This document shows, one piece after another, positions 15,001 to 28,712 of a DNA stretch of 64,000 bases. Position 1 is the stretch's first letter, and each line of letters begins with the position of its first letter. The translations under genes were made by a program, and so were the position numbers. The DNA comes from Eledone cirrhosa (Eukaryota): NCBI GenBank assembly GCA_964016885.1, contig OZ024740.1:17298001-17362000 (forward strand), in the 5' to 3' direction. The notes under the pieces were generated by a model. The model was not told where the DNA came from. It searched no databases and worked only from the letters and a program-made list of their open reading frames with translations.

Positions 15001-18000
15001 TAATAGTGATAAATGTATGTAGTGTAGGGTCCACTGTAATAGTGATAGATGTATGTAGTGTAGGGTCCACTGTAATAGTGATAGATGTATGTAGTGTAGG
15101 GTCCACTGTAATAGTGATAGATGTGTGGTGTAGGGTCCACTGTAATAGTGATAGATGTATGTGGTGTAGGGTCCACTGTAATAGTGATAGATGTATGTAG
15201 TGTAGGGTCCACTGTAATAGTGATAGATGTATGTAGTGTAGGGTCCACTGTAATAGTGATAGATGTGTAGTGTAGGGTCCACTGTAATAGTGATAAATGT
15301 ATGTAGTGCAGGGTCCACTGTAATAGTGATAGATGTATGTGGTGTAGGGTCCACTGTAATAGTGATAGATGTGTAGTGTAGGGTCCACTGTAATAGTGAT
15401 AAATGTATGTAGTGCAGGGTCCACTGTAATAGTGATAGATGTATGTGGTTTTGGGTCCATTGTAATAGTGATAGATGTGTGTGGTGTAGGGTCCACTGTA
15501 ATAGTGATAGATGTGTGTGGTGTAGGGTCCACTGTAATAGTGATAGATGTGTGTGGTGTAGGGTCCACTGTAATAGTGATAGATGTGTGTGGTGTAGGGT
15601 CCACTGTAATAGTGATAGATGTATGTAGTGTAGGGTCCACTGTAATAGTGATAGATGTGTAGTGTAGGGTCCACTGTAATAGTGATAGATGTGTGTGGTG
15701 TAGGGTCCACTGTAATAGTGATAGATGTATGTGGTTTTGGGTCCATTGTAATAGTGATAGATGTGTGTGGTGTAGGATCCACTGTAATAGTGATAGATGT
15801 GTGTGGTGTAGGGTCCACTGTAATAGTGATAGATGTGTGTGGTGTAGGGTCCACTGTAATAGTGATAGATGTGTGTGGTGTAGGGTCCACTGTAATAGTG
15901 ATAGATGTATGTAGTGTAGGGTCCACTGTAATAGTGATAGATGTGTAGTGTAGGGTCCACTGTAATAGTGATAGATGTGTGTGGTGTAGGGTCCACTGTA
16001 ATAGTGATAGATGTATGTGGTTTCGGGTCCATTGTAATAGTGATAGATGTATGTGGTGTAGGGTCCACTGTAATAGTGATAGATGTGTAGTGTAGGGTCC
16101 ACTGTAATAGTGATAGATGTGTGTGGTGTAGGGTCCACTGTAATAGTGATAGATGTATGTGGTTTTGGGTCCATTGTAATAGTGATAGATGTGTGTGGTG
16201 TAGGGTCCACTGTAATAGTGATAGATGTGTAGTGTAGGGTCCACTGTAATAGTGATAGATGTGTGTGGTGTAGGGTCCACTGTAATAGTGATAGATGTAT
16301 GTGGTTTTGGGTCCATTGTAATAGTGATAGATGTGTGTGGTGTAGGGTCCACTGTAATAGTGATAGATGTGTAGTGTAGGGTCCACTGTAATAGTGATAG
16401 ATGTGTGTGGTGTAGGGTCCACTGTAATAGTGATAGATGTATGTGGTTTTGGGTCCATTGTAATAGTGATAGATGTGTGTGGTGTAGGGTCCACTGTAAT
16501 AGTGATAGATGTGTAGTGTAGGGTCCACTGTAATAGTGATAGATGTGTGTGGTGTAGGGTCCACTGTAATAGTGATAGATGTATGTGGTTTTGGGTCCAT
16601 TGTAATAGTGATAGATGTGTGTGGTGTAGGGTCCACTGTAATAGTGATAGATGTGTGTGGTGTAGGGTCCACTGTAATAGTGATAGATGTGTGTGGTGTA
16701 GGGTCCACTGTAATAGTGATAGATGTGTGTAGTGTAGGGTCCACTGTAATAGTGATAGATGTGTGTTGTGTAGGGTCCACTGTAATAGTGATATATGTAT
16801 GTAGTGTAGGGTCCACTGTAATAGTGATAGATGTATGTGGTGTAGGGTCCACTGTAATAGTGATATACGTATGTAGTGTAGGGGCCACTGTAATAGTGAT
16901 AGATGTGTGTGGTGTAGGGTCCACTGTAATAGTGATAGATGTGTAGTGTAGGGTCCACTGTAATAGTGATAGATGTATGTAGTGTAGGGGCCACTGTAAT
17001 AGTGATAGATGTATGTGGTGTAGGGTCCACTGTAATAGTGATAGATGTGTGTGGTGTAGGGTCCACTGTAATAGTGATAGATGTGTGTGGTGTAGGGTCC
17101 ACTGTAATAGTGATAGATGTGTGTGGTGTAGGGTCCACTATAATAGTGATAGATGTGTGTAGTGTAGGGTCCACTGTAATAGTGATAGATGTATGTAGTG
17201 TAGGGTCCACTGTAATAGTGATAGATGTGTGTGGTGTAGGGTCCACTGTAATAGTGATAGATGTGGTGTAGGGTCCACTGTAATAGTGATAGATGTGTGT
17301 GGTGTAGGGTCCACTGTAATAGTGATAGATGTGTGTAGTGTAGGGTCCACTGTAATAGTGATAGATGTATGTAGTGTAGGGTCCACTGTTATAGTGATAG
17401 ATGTGCGTGGTGTAGGGTCCACTGTAATAGTGATAGATGTGGTGTAGGGTCCACTGTAATAGTGATAGATGTGTGTGGTGTAGGGTCCACTGTAATAGTG
17501 ATAGATGTGTGTAGTGTAGGGTCCACTGTAATAGTGATAGATGTATGTGGTGTGGGGTCCACTGTAATAGTGATAGATGTATGTGGTGTAGGGTCCACTG
17601 TAATAGTGATAGATGTATGTGGTGTAGGGTCCACTGTAATAGTGATAGATGTATGTAGTGTAGGGTCCACTGTAATAGTGATAGATGTGTGTGGTGTAGG
17701 GTCCACTGTAATAGTGATAGATGTATGTAGTGTAGGGTCCACTGTAATAGTGATATATGTGTGTAGTGTAGGGTCCACTGTAATAGTGATAGATGTGTGT
17801 AGTGTAGGGTCCACTGTAATAGTGATAGATGTATGTGGTGTAGGGTCCACTGTAATGGTGATAGATGTGTGTGGTGTGGGGTCCACTGTAATAGTGATAG
17901 ATGTATATGGTGTAGGGTCCACTGTAATAGTGATAGATGTGTAGTGTAGGGTCCACTGTAATAGTGATAGATGTGTGTGGCGTAGGGTCCATTGTAATAG

Positions 18001-21000
18001 TGATAGATGTGTAGTGTAGGGTCCACTGTAATAGTGATAGATGTGTGTGGCGTAGGGTCCACTGTAATAGTGATAGATGTGTGTGGTGTAGGGTCCACTG
18101 TAATAGTGATAGATGTGTGTGGTGTAGGGTCCACTGTAATTGTGATAGATGTGTGTGGTGTAGGGTCCACTGTAATAGTGATAGATGTGTGTGGTGTAGG
18201 GTCCACTGTAATAGTGATAGATGTGTAGTTTAGGGTCCACTGTAATAGTGATAGATGTGTGTGGTGTAGGGTCCACTGTAATAGTGATAGACGTGTGTGG
18301 TGTAGGGTCCACTGTAATTGTGATAGATGTATGTAGTGTAGGGTCCACTGTAATAGTGATAGATGTGTGTAGTGTAGGGTCCACTGTAATAGTGATAGAT
18401 GTATGTGGTGTAGGGTCCACTGTAATAGTGATAGATGTGTGTGGTGTAGGGTCCACTGTAATAGTGATAGATGTGTGGTGTAGGGTCCACTGTAATAGTG
18501 ATAGATGTGGTGTAGGGTCCACTGTAATAGTGATAGATGTGTGTGGTGTAGGGTCCACTGTAATAGTGATAGATGTGCGTGGTGTAGTGTCCACTGTAAT
18601 AGTGATAGATGTGTGTGGTGTAGGGTCCACTGTAATAGTGATAGATGTGTAGTGTAGGGTCCACTGTAATAGTGATAGATGTGTGTAGTGTAGGGTCCAC
18701 TGTAATAGTGATAGATGTGTGTGGTGTAGGGTCCACTGTAATAGTGATAGATGTGTGGTGTAGGGTCCACTGTAATAGTGATAGATGTGGTGTAGGGTCC
18801 ACTGTAATAGTGATAGATGTGTGTGGTGTAGGGTCCACTGTAATAGTGATAGATGTGCGTGGTGTAGGGTCCACTGTAATAGTGATAGATGTGTGTGGTG
18901 TAGGGTCCACTGTAATAGTGATATATGTATGTGGTGTAGGGTCCACTGTAATTGTGATAGATGTGTGTGGTGTAGGGTCCACTGTAATAGTGATAGATGT
19001 GTGTGGTGTAGGGTCCACTGTAATAGTGATAGATGTGTGTGGTGTAGGGTCCACTGTAATAGTGATAGATGTGTGTGGTGTAGGGTCCACTGTAATAGTG
19101 ATAGATGTATGTGGTGTAGGGTCCACTGTAATTGTGATAGATGTGTGTGGTGTAGGGTCCACTGTAATAGTGATAAATGTATGTAGTGTAGGGTCCACTG
19201 TAATAGTGATAGATGTGTGTGGTGTAGGGTCCACTGTAATAGTGATACATGTGTGTGGTGTAGGGTCCACTGTAATAGTGATAGATGTATGTGGTGTAGG
19301 GTCCACTGTAATTGTGATAGATGTGTGTGGTGTAGGGTCCACTGTAATAGTGATAGATGTATGTGGTGTAGGGTCCACTGTAATAGTGATAGATGTATGT
19401 AGTGTAGGGTCCACTGTAATAGTGATAGATGTATGTGGTGTAGGGTCCACTGTAATAGTGATAGATGTGTGTAGTGTAGGGTCCATTGTAATAGTGATAG
19501 ATGTATGTAGTGTAGGGTCCACTGTAATAGTGATAGATGTATGTGGTGTAGGGTCCACTGTAATAGTGATAAATGTATGTAGTGTAGGGTCCACTGTAAT
19601 AGTGATATATGTATGTAGTGTAGGGTCCACTGTAATAATGATAGATGTGTGTGGTGTAGGGTCCACTGTAATAGTGATAGATGTATGTGGTGTAGGGTCC
19701 ACTGTAATTGTGATAGATGTGTGTGGTGTAGGGTCCACTGTAATAGTGATAGATGTATGTGGTGTAGGGTCCACTGTAATAGTGATAGATGTATGTGGTG
19801 TAGGGTCCACTGTAATAGTGATAGATGTGTGTGGTGTAGGGTCCACTGTAATAGTGATAGATGTATGTGGTGTAGGGTCCACTGTAATAATGATAGATGT
19901 GTGTGGTGTAGGGTCCACTGTAATAGTGATAAATGTATGTAGTGTAGGGTCCACTGTAATAGTGATAGATGTGTGTGGTGTAGGGTCCACTGTAATAGTG
20001 ATAGATGTATGTGGTGTAGGGTCCACTGTAATTGTGATAGATGTGTGTGGTGTAGGGTCCACTGTAATAGTGATAGATGTATGTGGTGTAGGGTCCACTG
20101 TAATAGTGATAGATGTATGTGGTGTAGGGTCCACTGTAATAATGATAGATGTGTGTGGTGTAGGGTCCACTGTAATAGTGATAAATGTATGTAGTGTAGG
20201 GTCCACTGTAATAGTGATAGATGTGTGTGGTGTAGGGTCCACTGTAATAGTGATAGATGTATGTGGTGTAGGGTCCACTGTAATTGTGATAGATGTGTGT
20301 GGTGTAGGGTCCACTGTAATAGTGATAGATGTGTGTGGTGTAGGGTCCACTGTAATTGTGATAGATGTGTGTGGTGTAGGGTCCACTGTAATAGTGATAG
20401 ATGTGTGTGGTGTAGGGTCCACTGTAATAGTGATAGATGTGTGTGGTGTAGGGTCCACTGTAATAGTGATAGATGTGTGTGGTGTAGGGTCCACTGTAAT
20501 AGTGATAGATGTGTGTGGTGTAGGGTCCACTGTAATAGTGATAAATGTGTGTGGTGTAGGGTCCACTGTAATAGTGATAGATGTGTAGTGTAGGGTCCAC
20601 TGTAATAGTGATAGATGTGTGTGGTGTAGGGTCCACTGTAATGGTGATAGATGTGTGTGGTGTAGGGTCCACTGTAATAGTGATAGATGTGTGTGGTGTA
20701 GGGTCCACTGTAATAGTGATAGATGTGTGTGGTGTAGGGTCCACTGTAATAGTGATAGATGTGTAGTGTAGGGTCCACTGTAATAGTGATAGATGTGTGT
20801 GGTGTAGGGTCCACTGTAATAGTGATAGATATGTGTGGTGTAGGGTCCACTGTAATAGTAATAGATGTGTGTAGTGTAGGGTCCACTGTAATAGTGATAG
20901 ATGTGTGTGGTGTAGGGTCCACTGTAATAGTGATAGATTTGTGTGGTGTAGGGTCCACTGTAATTGTGATAGATGTGTGTGGTGTAGGGTCCACTGTAAT

Positions 21001-24000
21001 AGTGATAGATGTATGTGGTGTAGGGTCCACTGTAATAGTGATAGATGTGTAGTGTAGGGTCCACTGTAATAGTGATAGATGTGTGTGGTGTAGGGTCCAT
21101 TGTAATAGTGATAGATGTGTAGTGTAGGGTCCACTGTAATAGTGATAGATGTGTGTGGTGTAGGGTCCACTGTAATTGTGATAGATGTGTGTGGTGTAGG
21201 GTCCACTGTAATAGTGATAGATGTGTGTGGTGTAGGGTCCACTGTAATAGTGATAGATGTGTAGTGTAGGGTCCACTGTAATAGTGATAGATGTGTGTGG
21301 TGTAGGGTCCACTGTAATAGTGATAGATGTGTGTGGTGTAGGGTCCACTGTAATAGTGATAGATGTGTAGTGTAGGGTCCACTGTAATAGTGATAGATGT
21401 GTGTAGTGTAGGGTCCACTGTAATAGTGATAGATGTGTGTGGTGTAGGGTCCACTGTAATAGTGATAGATGTGTAGTGTAGGGTCCACTGTAATAGTGAT
21501 AGATGTGGTGTAGGGTCCACTGTAATAGTGATAGATGTGTGTGATGTAGGGTCCACTGTAATAGTGATAGATGTGTGTGGTGTAGTGTCCACTGTAATAG
21601 TGATAGATGTGTAGTGTAGGGTCCACTGTAATAGTGATAGATGTATGTGGTGTAGGGTCCACTGTAATTGTGATAGATGTGTGTGGTGTAGGGTCCACTG
21701 TAATAGTGATAGATGTGTGTAGTGTAGGGTCCATTGTAATAGTGATAGATGTGTGTGGTGTAGGGTCCACTGTAATAGTGATAGATGTGTGTAGTGTAGG
21801 GTCCACTGTAATAGTGATAGATGTGTAGTGTAGGGTCCACTGTAATAGTGATAGATGTGTGTGGTGTAGGGTCCACTGTAATAGTGATAGATGTATGTGG
21901 TGTAGGGTCCACTGTAATAGTGATAGATGTATGTAGTGTAGGGTCCACTGTAATAGTGATAGATGTATGTGGTGTAGGGTCCACTGTAATAGTGATAGAT
22001 GTGTGTAGTGTAGGGTCCACTGTAATAGTGATGTATGTAGTGTAGGGTCCACTGTAATAGTGATATATGTATGTAGTGTAGGGTCCACTGTAATAATGAT
22101 AGATGTGTGTGGTGTAGGGTCCACTGTAATAGTGTTAGATGTATGTGGTGTAGGGTCCACTGTAATTGTGATAGATGTGTGTGGTGTAGGGTCCACTGTA
22201 ATAGTGATAGATGTATGTGGTGTAGGGTCCACTGTAATAATGATAGATGTGTGTGGTGTAGGGTCCACTGTAATAGTGATAAATGTATGTAGTGTAGGGT
22301 CCACTGTAATAGTGATAGATGTGTGTGGTGTAGGGTCCACTGTAATAGTGATAGATGTGTAGTGTAGGGTCCACTGTAATAGTGATAGATGTATGTGGTG
22401 TAGGGTCCACTGTAATAATGATAGATGTGTGTGGTGTAGGGTCCACTGTAATAGTGATAGATGTATGTGGTGTAGGGTCCACTGTAATTGTGATAGATGT
22501 GTGTGGTGTAGGGTCCACTGTAATAGTGATAGATGTGTGTGGTGTAGGGTCCACTGTAATTGTGATAGATGTGTGTGGTGTAGGGTCCACTGTAATAGTG
22601 ATAAATGTATGTAGTGTAGGGTCCACTGTAATAGTGATAGATGTGTGTGGTGTAGGGTCCACTGTAATAGTGATAGATGTGTGTGGTGTAGGGTCCACTG
22701 TAATAGTGATAGATGTATGTGGTGTAGGGTCCACTGTAATAGTGATAGATGTGTTTAGTGTAGGGTCCACTGTAATAGTGATAGATCTGTGTGGTGTAGG
22801 GTCCACTGTAATAGTGATAGATCTGTGTGGTGTAGGGTCCACTGTAATAGTGATAGATGTATGTGGTGTAGGGTCCACTGTTATAGTGATAGATGTGTGT
22901 AGTGTAGGGTCCACTGTAATAGTGATAGATGTGTGTAGTGTAGGGTCCACTGTAATAGTGATAGATGTGTGTGGTGTAGGGTCCACTGTAATAGTGATAG
23001 ATGTATGTAGTGTAGGGTCCACTGTAATAGTGATAGATGTGTGTGGTGTAGGGTCCACTGTAATAGTGATAGATGTATGTGGTGTAGGCTCCACTGTAAT
23101 AGTGATAGATGTGTGTGGTGTAGGGTCCACTGTAATAGTGATAGATGTGTATTGTGTAGGGTCCACTGATGTATGTGGTGTAGGGTCCACTGTAATAGTG
23201 ATAGATGTGTGTAGTGTAGTGTCCACTGTAATAGTGATAGGTGTGTGTGGTGTAGGGTCCACTGTAATAGTGATAGATGTGTGTGGTGTAGGGTCCACTG
23301 TAATAGTGATAGATGTATGTAGTGTAGGGTCCACTGTAATAGTGATAGATGTGTGTGGTGTAGGGTCCACTGTAATAGTGATAGATGTGTGTGGTGTAGG
23401 GTCCACTGTAATAGTGATAGATGTATGTGGTGTAGGGTCCACTGTAATAGTGATAGATGTGTGTAGTGTAGGGTCCACTGTAATAGTGATAGATGTGTGT
23501 GGTGTAGGGTCCACTGTAATAGTGATAGATGTACGTGGTGTAGGGTCCACTGTAATAGTGATAGATGTGTGTAGTGTAGGGTCCACTGTAATAGTGATAG
23601 ATGTGTGTAGTGTAGGGTCCACTGTAATAGTGATAGATGTGTGTGGTGTAGGGTCCACTGTAATAGTGATAGATGTGTATATTGTAGGGTCCACTGTAAT
23701 AGTGATAGATGTATGTAGTGTAGGGTCCACTCTAATAGTGATAGATGTATGTGGTGTAGGGTCCACTGTAATAGTGATAGATATGTGTGGTGTAGGGTCC
23801 ACTGTAATAGTGATAGATATGTGGTGTAGGGTCCACTGTAATAGTGATAGATGTGTGTGGTGTAGGGTCCACTGTAATAGTGATAGATGTATGTGGTGTA
23901 GGGTCCACTGTAATAGTGATAGATGTATGTAGTGTAGGGTCCACTGTAATAGTGATAGATGTATGTGGTGTAGGGTCCACTGTAATAGTGATAGATGTGT

Positions 24001-26290
24001 GTAGTGTAGGGTCCACTGTAATAGTGATATATGTATGTAGTGTAGGGTCCACTGTAATAATGATAGATGTGTGTGGTGTAGGGTCCACTGTAATAGTGAT
24101 AGATGTATGTGGTGTAGGGTCCACTGTAATTGTGATAGATGTGTGTGGTGTAGGGTCCACTGTAATAGTGATAGATGTATGTGGTGTAGGGTCCACTGTA
24201 ATAATGATAGATGTGTGTGGTGTAGGGTCCACTGTAATAGTGATAAATGTATGTAGTGTAGGGTCCACTGTAATAGTGATAGATGTGTGTGGTGTAGGGT
24301 CCACTGTAATAGTGATAGATGTGTAGTGTAGGGTCCACTGTAATAGTGATAGATGTATGTGGTGTAGGGTCCACTGTAATAATGATAGATGTGTGTGGTG
24401 TAGGGTCCACTGTAATAGTGATAGATGTATGTGGTGTAGGGTCCACTGTAATTGTGATAGATGTGTGTGGTGTAGGGTCCACTGTAATAGTGATAGATGT
24501 GTGTGGTGTAGGGTCCACTGTAATTGTGATAGATGTGTGTGGTGTAGGGTCCACTGTAATAGTGATAAATGTATGTAGTGTAGGGTCCACTGTAATAGTG
24601 ATAGATGTGTGTGGTGTAGGGTCCACTGTAATAGTGATAGATGTGTGTGGTGTAGGGTCCACTGTAATAGTGATAGATGTATGTGGTGTAGGGTCCACTG
24701 TAATTGTGATAGATGTGTGTGGTGTAGGGTCCACTGTAATAGTGATAGATGTGTGTGGTGTAGGGTCCACTGTAATTGTGATAGATGTGTGTGGTGTAGG
24801 GTCCACTGTAATAGTGATAAATGTATGTAGTGTAGGGTCCACTGTAATAGTGATAGATGTGTGTGGTGTAGGGTCCACTGTAATAGTGATAGATGTGTGT
24901 GGTGTAGGGTCCACTGTAATAGTGATAGATGTATGTGGTGTAGGGTCCACTGTAATAGTGATAGATGTGTGTGGTGTAGGGTCCACTGTAATAGTGATAG
25001 ATGTGTGTGGTGTAGGGTCCACTGTAATAGTGATAGATCTGTGTGGTGTAGGGTCCACTGTAATAGTGATAGATCTGTGTGGTGTAGGGTCCACTGTAAT
25101 AGTGATAGATGTATGTGGTGTAGGGTCCACTGTTATAGTGATAGATGTGTGTAGTGTAGGGTCCACTGTAATAGTGATAGATGTGTGTAGTGTAGGGTCC
25201 ACTGTAATAGTGATAGATGTGTGTGGTGTAGGGTCCACTGTAATAGTGATAGATGTATGTAGTGTAGGGTCCACTGTAATAGTGATAGATGTGTGTGGTG
25301 TAGGGTCCACTGTAATAGTGATAGATGTATGTGGTGTAGGCTCCACTGTAATAGTGATAGATGTGTGTGGTGTAGGGTCCACTGTAATAGTGATAGATGT
25401 GTATTGTGTAGGGTCCACTGATGTATGTGGTGTAGGGTCCACTGTAATAGTGATAGATGTGTGTAGTGTAGTGTCCACTGTAATAGTGATAGGTGTGTGT
25501 GGTGTAGGGTCCACTGTAATAGTGATAGATGTGTGTGGTGTAGGGTCCACTGTAATAGTGATAGATGTATGTAGTGTAGGGTCCACTGTAATAGTGATAG
25601 ATGTGTGTGGTGTAGGGTCCACTGTAATAGTGATAGATGTGTGTGGTGTAGGGTCCACTGTAATAGTGATAGATGTATGTGGTGTAGGGTCCACTGTAAT
25701 AGTGATAGATGTGTGTAGTGTAGGGTCCACTGTAATAGTGATAGATGTGTGTGGTGTAGGGTCCACTGTAATAGTGATAGATGTACGTGGTGTAGGGTCC
25801 ACTGTAATAGTGATAGATGTGTGTAGTGTAGGGTCCACTGTAATAGTGATAGATGTGTGTAGTGTAGGGTCCACTGTAATAGTGATAGATGTGTGTGGTG
25901 TAGGGTCCACTGTAATAGTGATAGATGTGTATATTGTAGGGTCCACTGTAATAGTGATAGATGTATGTAGTGTAGGGTCCACTCTAATAGTGATAGATGT
26001 ATGTGGTGTAGGGTCCACTGTAATAGTGATAGATATGTGTGGTGTAGGGTCCACTGTAATAGTGATAGATATGTGTGGTGTAGGGTCCACTGTAATCGTG
26101 ATAGATGTGTGTGGTGTAGGGTCCACTGTAATCGTGATAGATGTGTGTGGTGTAGGGTCCACTCTAATAGTGATAGATGTATGATGTGTAGGGTCCACTG
26201 TAATAGTGATAGATGTGTGTTGTGTAGGGTCCACTGTAATAGTGATAGATGTGTGTTGTGTAGGGTCTACTGTAATAGTGATAGATGTGT
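1..26290. repeat. 36-bp tandem satellite, consensus GATGTGTGTGGTGTAGGGTCCACTGTAATAGTGATA, ~730 copies, truncated by window start
   Basis: Continuous head-to-tail units with no spacers. 34- and 32-bp variants come from (TG)n contraction. Recurrent G/A variants (GTGTGT/GTATGT, TGGTG/TAGTG). Last units (26160-26290) are degenerate. Confidence 0.99.
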
Positions 26291-26429
26291 TACATGCTAG
26301 TGAGTGAATCAGATGGATGTTCTTTTAAATGTTTCTGTGTAACAGTAGCACAATCTTACAGTTCACTACTCCAGTGTAGGTCATGTAAGAACTTTGTAGA
26401 AGAAAGTCAGCATTCGAGGAACGGCTTAA

Positions 26430-26980
26430 ATATTTCTTGACACTAAAAAAAACCCCGAAATCCTTGTATTTGTGATTGTGTAGACAACATATGGTGTGAA
26501 TTTGAGGGATCTTTGTTTGTGTATCATATATAACTAGGGTATGTGATGTACAAGACTATTAACTTGATATATGTAGTGTGATTGTGTGTTTGTGTTGTTG
26601 AAAGAGAAAAGGTTATGTTCATATTGAGGGATGTTTTTGAGGTTTCTATTTATTTGGGGGCAGTATATATCTGGTGTGAGGTATTTAACTTGTGTTGATG
26701 AGCAAGGCTGAGCTACAAGACTTTCCTTGATATATATGTACCGATTGTGTTGTAAGAACTTCATGGTTGTCATATCCCCAATTGAAGGATGGATGTATTT
26801 AAGGTTTTTTTTCATGTATATCTGGTGTGAGGTGTCTTGGATTTATGTATTTCATAACTAGACTGTGTGAAATACAAGAATATTTCTTTGATATGTATAG
26901 TGATTATGTCTTTGTGTTTTGAAAGAGACAAAATAATCATCTTCTTATTGAAACTTATTTCGAGGGTTTCTCTTCATATA
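26430..26980. repeat. Old degenerate tandem repeat, ~160-bp period, ~3 copies
   Basis: TACAAGA..TTGATATA motif at ~26549, ~26714 and ~26873. TATATCTGGTGTGAGGT at ~26667 and ~26817. Confidence 0.6.
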
Positions 26981-27539
26981 GAGGGATGGAACTAAACACT
27001 CTAATAGTGTACTGCCATACTTTTTTTCAAGATCTGCCACATCTGGTCTTAATGTAATGACAATATTTTACACTGGCACACAGTTACATATTTGTTGACC
27101 TGGTGGAAGAGGAGTTGAGAGCAATTAAATCATTCAGCAAATTACTGGTACATGTTTTACTTGCCATTTCTCTCCCTCTTCAGCATTGGGGTATGATCAG
27201 CAAAGTTAACCGTGGTAGCATTTAAACACCACCTATAAATAATTATTACTGAATATACACAATGAGGCCATTGGCTGGGGATGGGTGGAATACTGGTACA
27301 ACCAGTTACAGTGTATTACTGGTATTTATCAATCTTGAAGACAATTAGAGAAGAGTACTAATAATATTACAAACTGAACTCAATGCAATGGTAAAACTAA
27401 AATATGTATAAATCCATTAAACGTCTCGTAATAAACTAGAATTCCAACGTGATATATTGAACAGTAATGGAATTATATATCGTACTTTGTCTTAGGGTTA
27501 TTGTAAGGTTGACCTTACCAAACCTGACTTTGCAAATAC

Positions 27540-27873
27540 TTCTTCTTTGCCCATCTATTTCTGAGAGGGTCGTGGAGACAAAGTCCTCAAACACTCTTTC
27601 TAGCGGGTCCTGTCAGAAGCAACCGTCTCCAGCTGATTTGGTTGGATCCCCAAGTGAGACCAACCATGTTCATGGATGTTATCCAACCATCTTACTCAGG
27701 GTCTACCCCTGGGTCTCCTGCCTTTTGATTTTGCCTGTAAAATCTTTCTAGCGATTCTTTCCTGAGACATTCTAACTACATGTCTATAGTATTGGAGCTG
27801 TGATCTCTCAATTCAGAGAAGTAGTGGCACTACCTGGAGCGAGTCTCTTATCTCTGAGCTATGCACTCTGTCA
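27540..27873 (-). mobile_element. RTE-clade (Expander/Rex3-like) LINE 3' fragment, decayed
   Basis: Manual minus-strand translation DRVHSSEIRDSLQVVPLLL*IERSQLQYYRHVVRMSQERIARKILQAKSKGRRPRGRP*VRWLDNI...LRTLSPRPSQK* matches the RTE ORF2 C-terminus (HV.RM...GRRPRGRP..RW). Contains in-frame stops. Confidence 0.9.
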
Positions 27874-28651
27874 TGTGATCCATAATTTTAAGTTTTGTTA
27901 GCAACAGGAAATAAATAAACAATTAAATAGCATGACGTGTGGCACCATGTCAAATGTCTTTCACAGCTAAATAACCTGTCCCATGTGGAGTTATCAGATG
28001 TACTTCATTCACATTGGTAAAAAATGAAGCAGATTTATGTTAATATCATGTGATGCACCCTGACACTATTGACGTACAGTTTAGAAACTTCTGGTTTAGG
28101 AATTTATTAGCTTAAGGAATGATGAAATGGTTAGAACTAAGAATGGATACTGGGACCGTGGATTTGGTTTAAGTGGGGTAGGGATTGAGAGGTGGAGGAC
28201 AGTTAAGAAAAATATCAAGTATTTCTGGCATTGGTCAGAAATAGGGGTATGGTGGGGTTGATTGGATTGGTTCCAGAATATGACTGGAAGAATAAAAGTC
28301 AACCTCAGTGGGATTTGAAGCCAAAGTCTGAAAGAAATAAGTTGGTAGAAATACTACAGGGTTTTACTCCTGCTTACCATCCCTTTAATGTCAGCTATTG
28401 TTTCCTATAGAATCATTCCCACTAGCCTGGCATTCTGTGTGTGTGTCGTTTTGGCAGGGTTTTTCTAGCTGGATGCTCTTCCTTTCATCAACTATTTTAC
28501 AGTGTGGACTAGGTACATTATTCGTGCCACCAGCACTAGAGAGGTTGTCTTACTGGATTCAAGAATCCTCTCCATCCTGTGTTAGTATTTATTTGGAGTG
28601 TCTACTCTCCTAGATGGGTTGCCTTCACTATGGCTTACAGAGCCCATGTAT

Positions 28652-28654
<3 letters not shown>

Positions 28655-28708
<54 letters not shown>
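28655..28708. repeat. (TA)n microsatellite
   Basis: Pure TA run. Confidence 0.95.

Positions 28709-28712
<4 letters not shown>

Noticed and set aside
1064-22340. Giant 1000-4000 aa mucin-like or His/Tyr-rich proteins
   Set aside because: The ORFs drift among all three frames at 2-bp indels, have no unique termini or signal peptide, and overlap each other. The stop-free monomer explains them.
1-26290. CRISPR array (36-bp repeat length)
   Set aside because: Units are contiguous with no unique spacers, there are no cas genes, and the context is eukaryotic.
30-26300. + strand Cys/Val-rich ORFs (CGVGSTVIVIDV, WCRVHCNSDRCV) as metallothionein- or zinc-finger-like proteins
   Set aside because: They are translations of the same satellite and are repeatedly broken by frameshifts and TAG variants.
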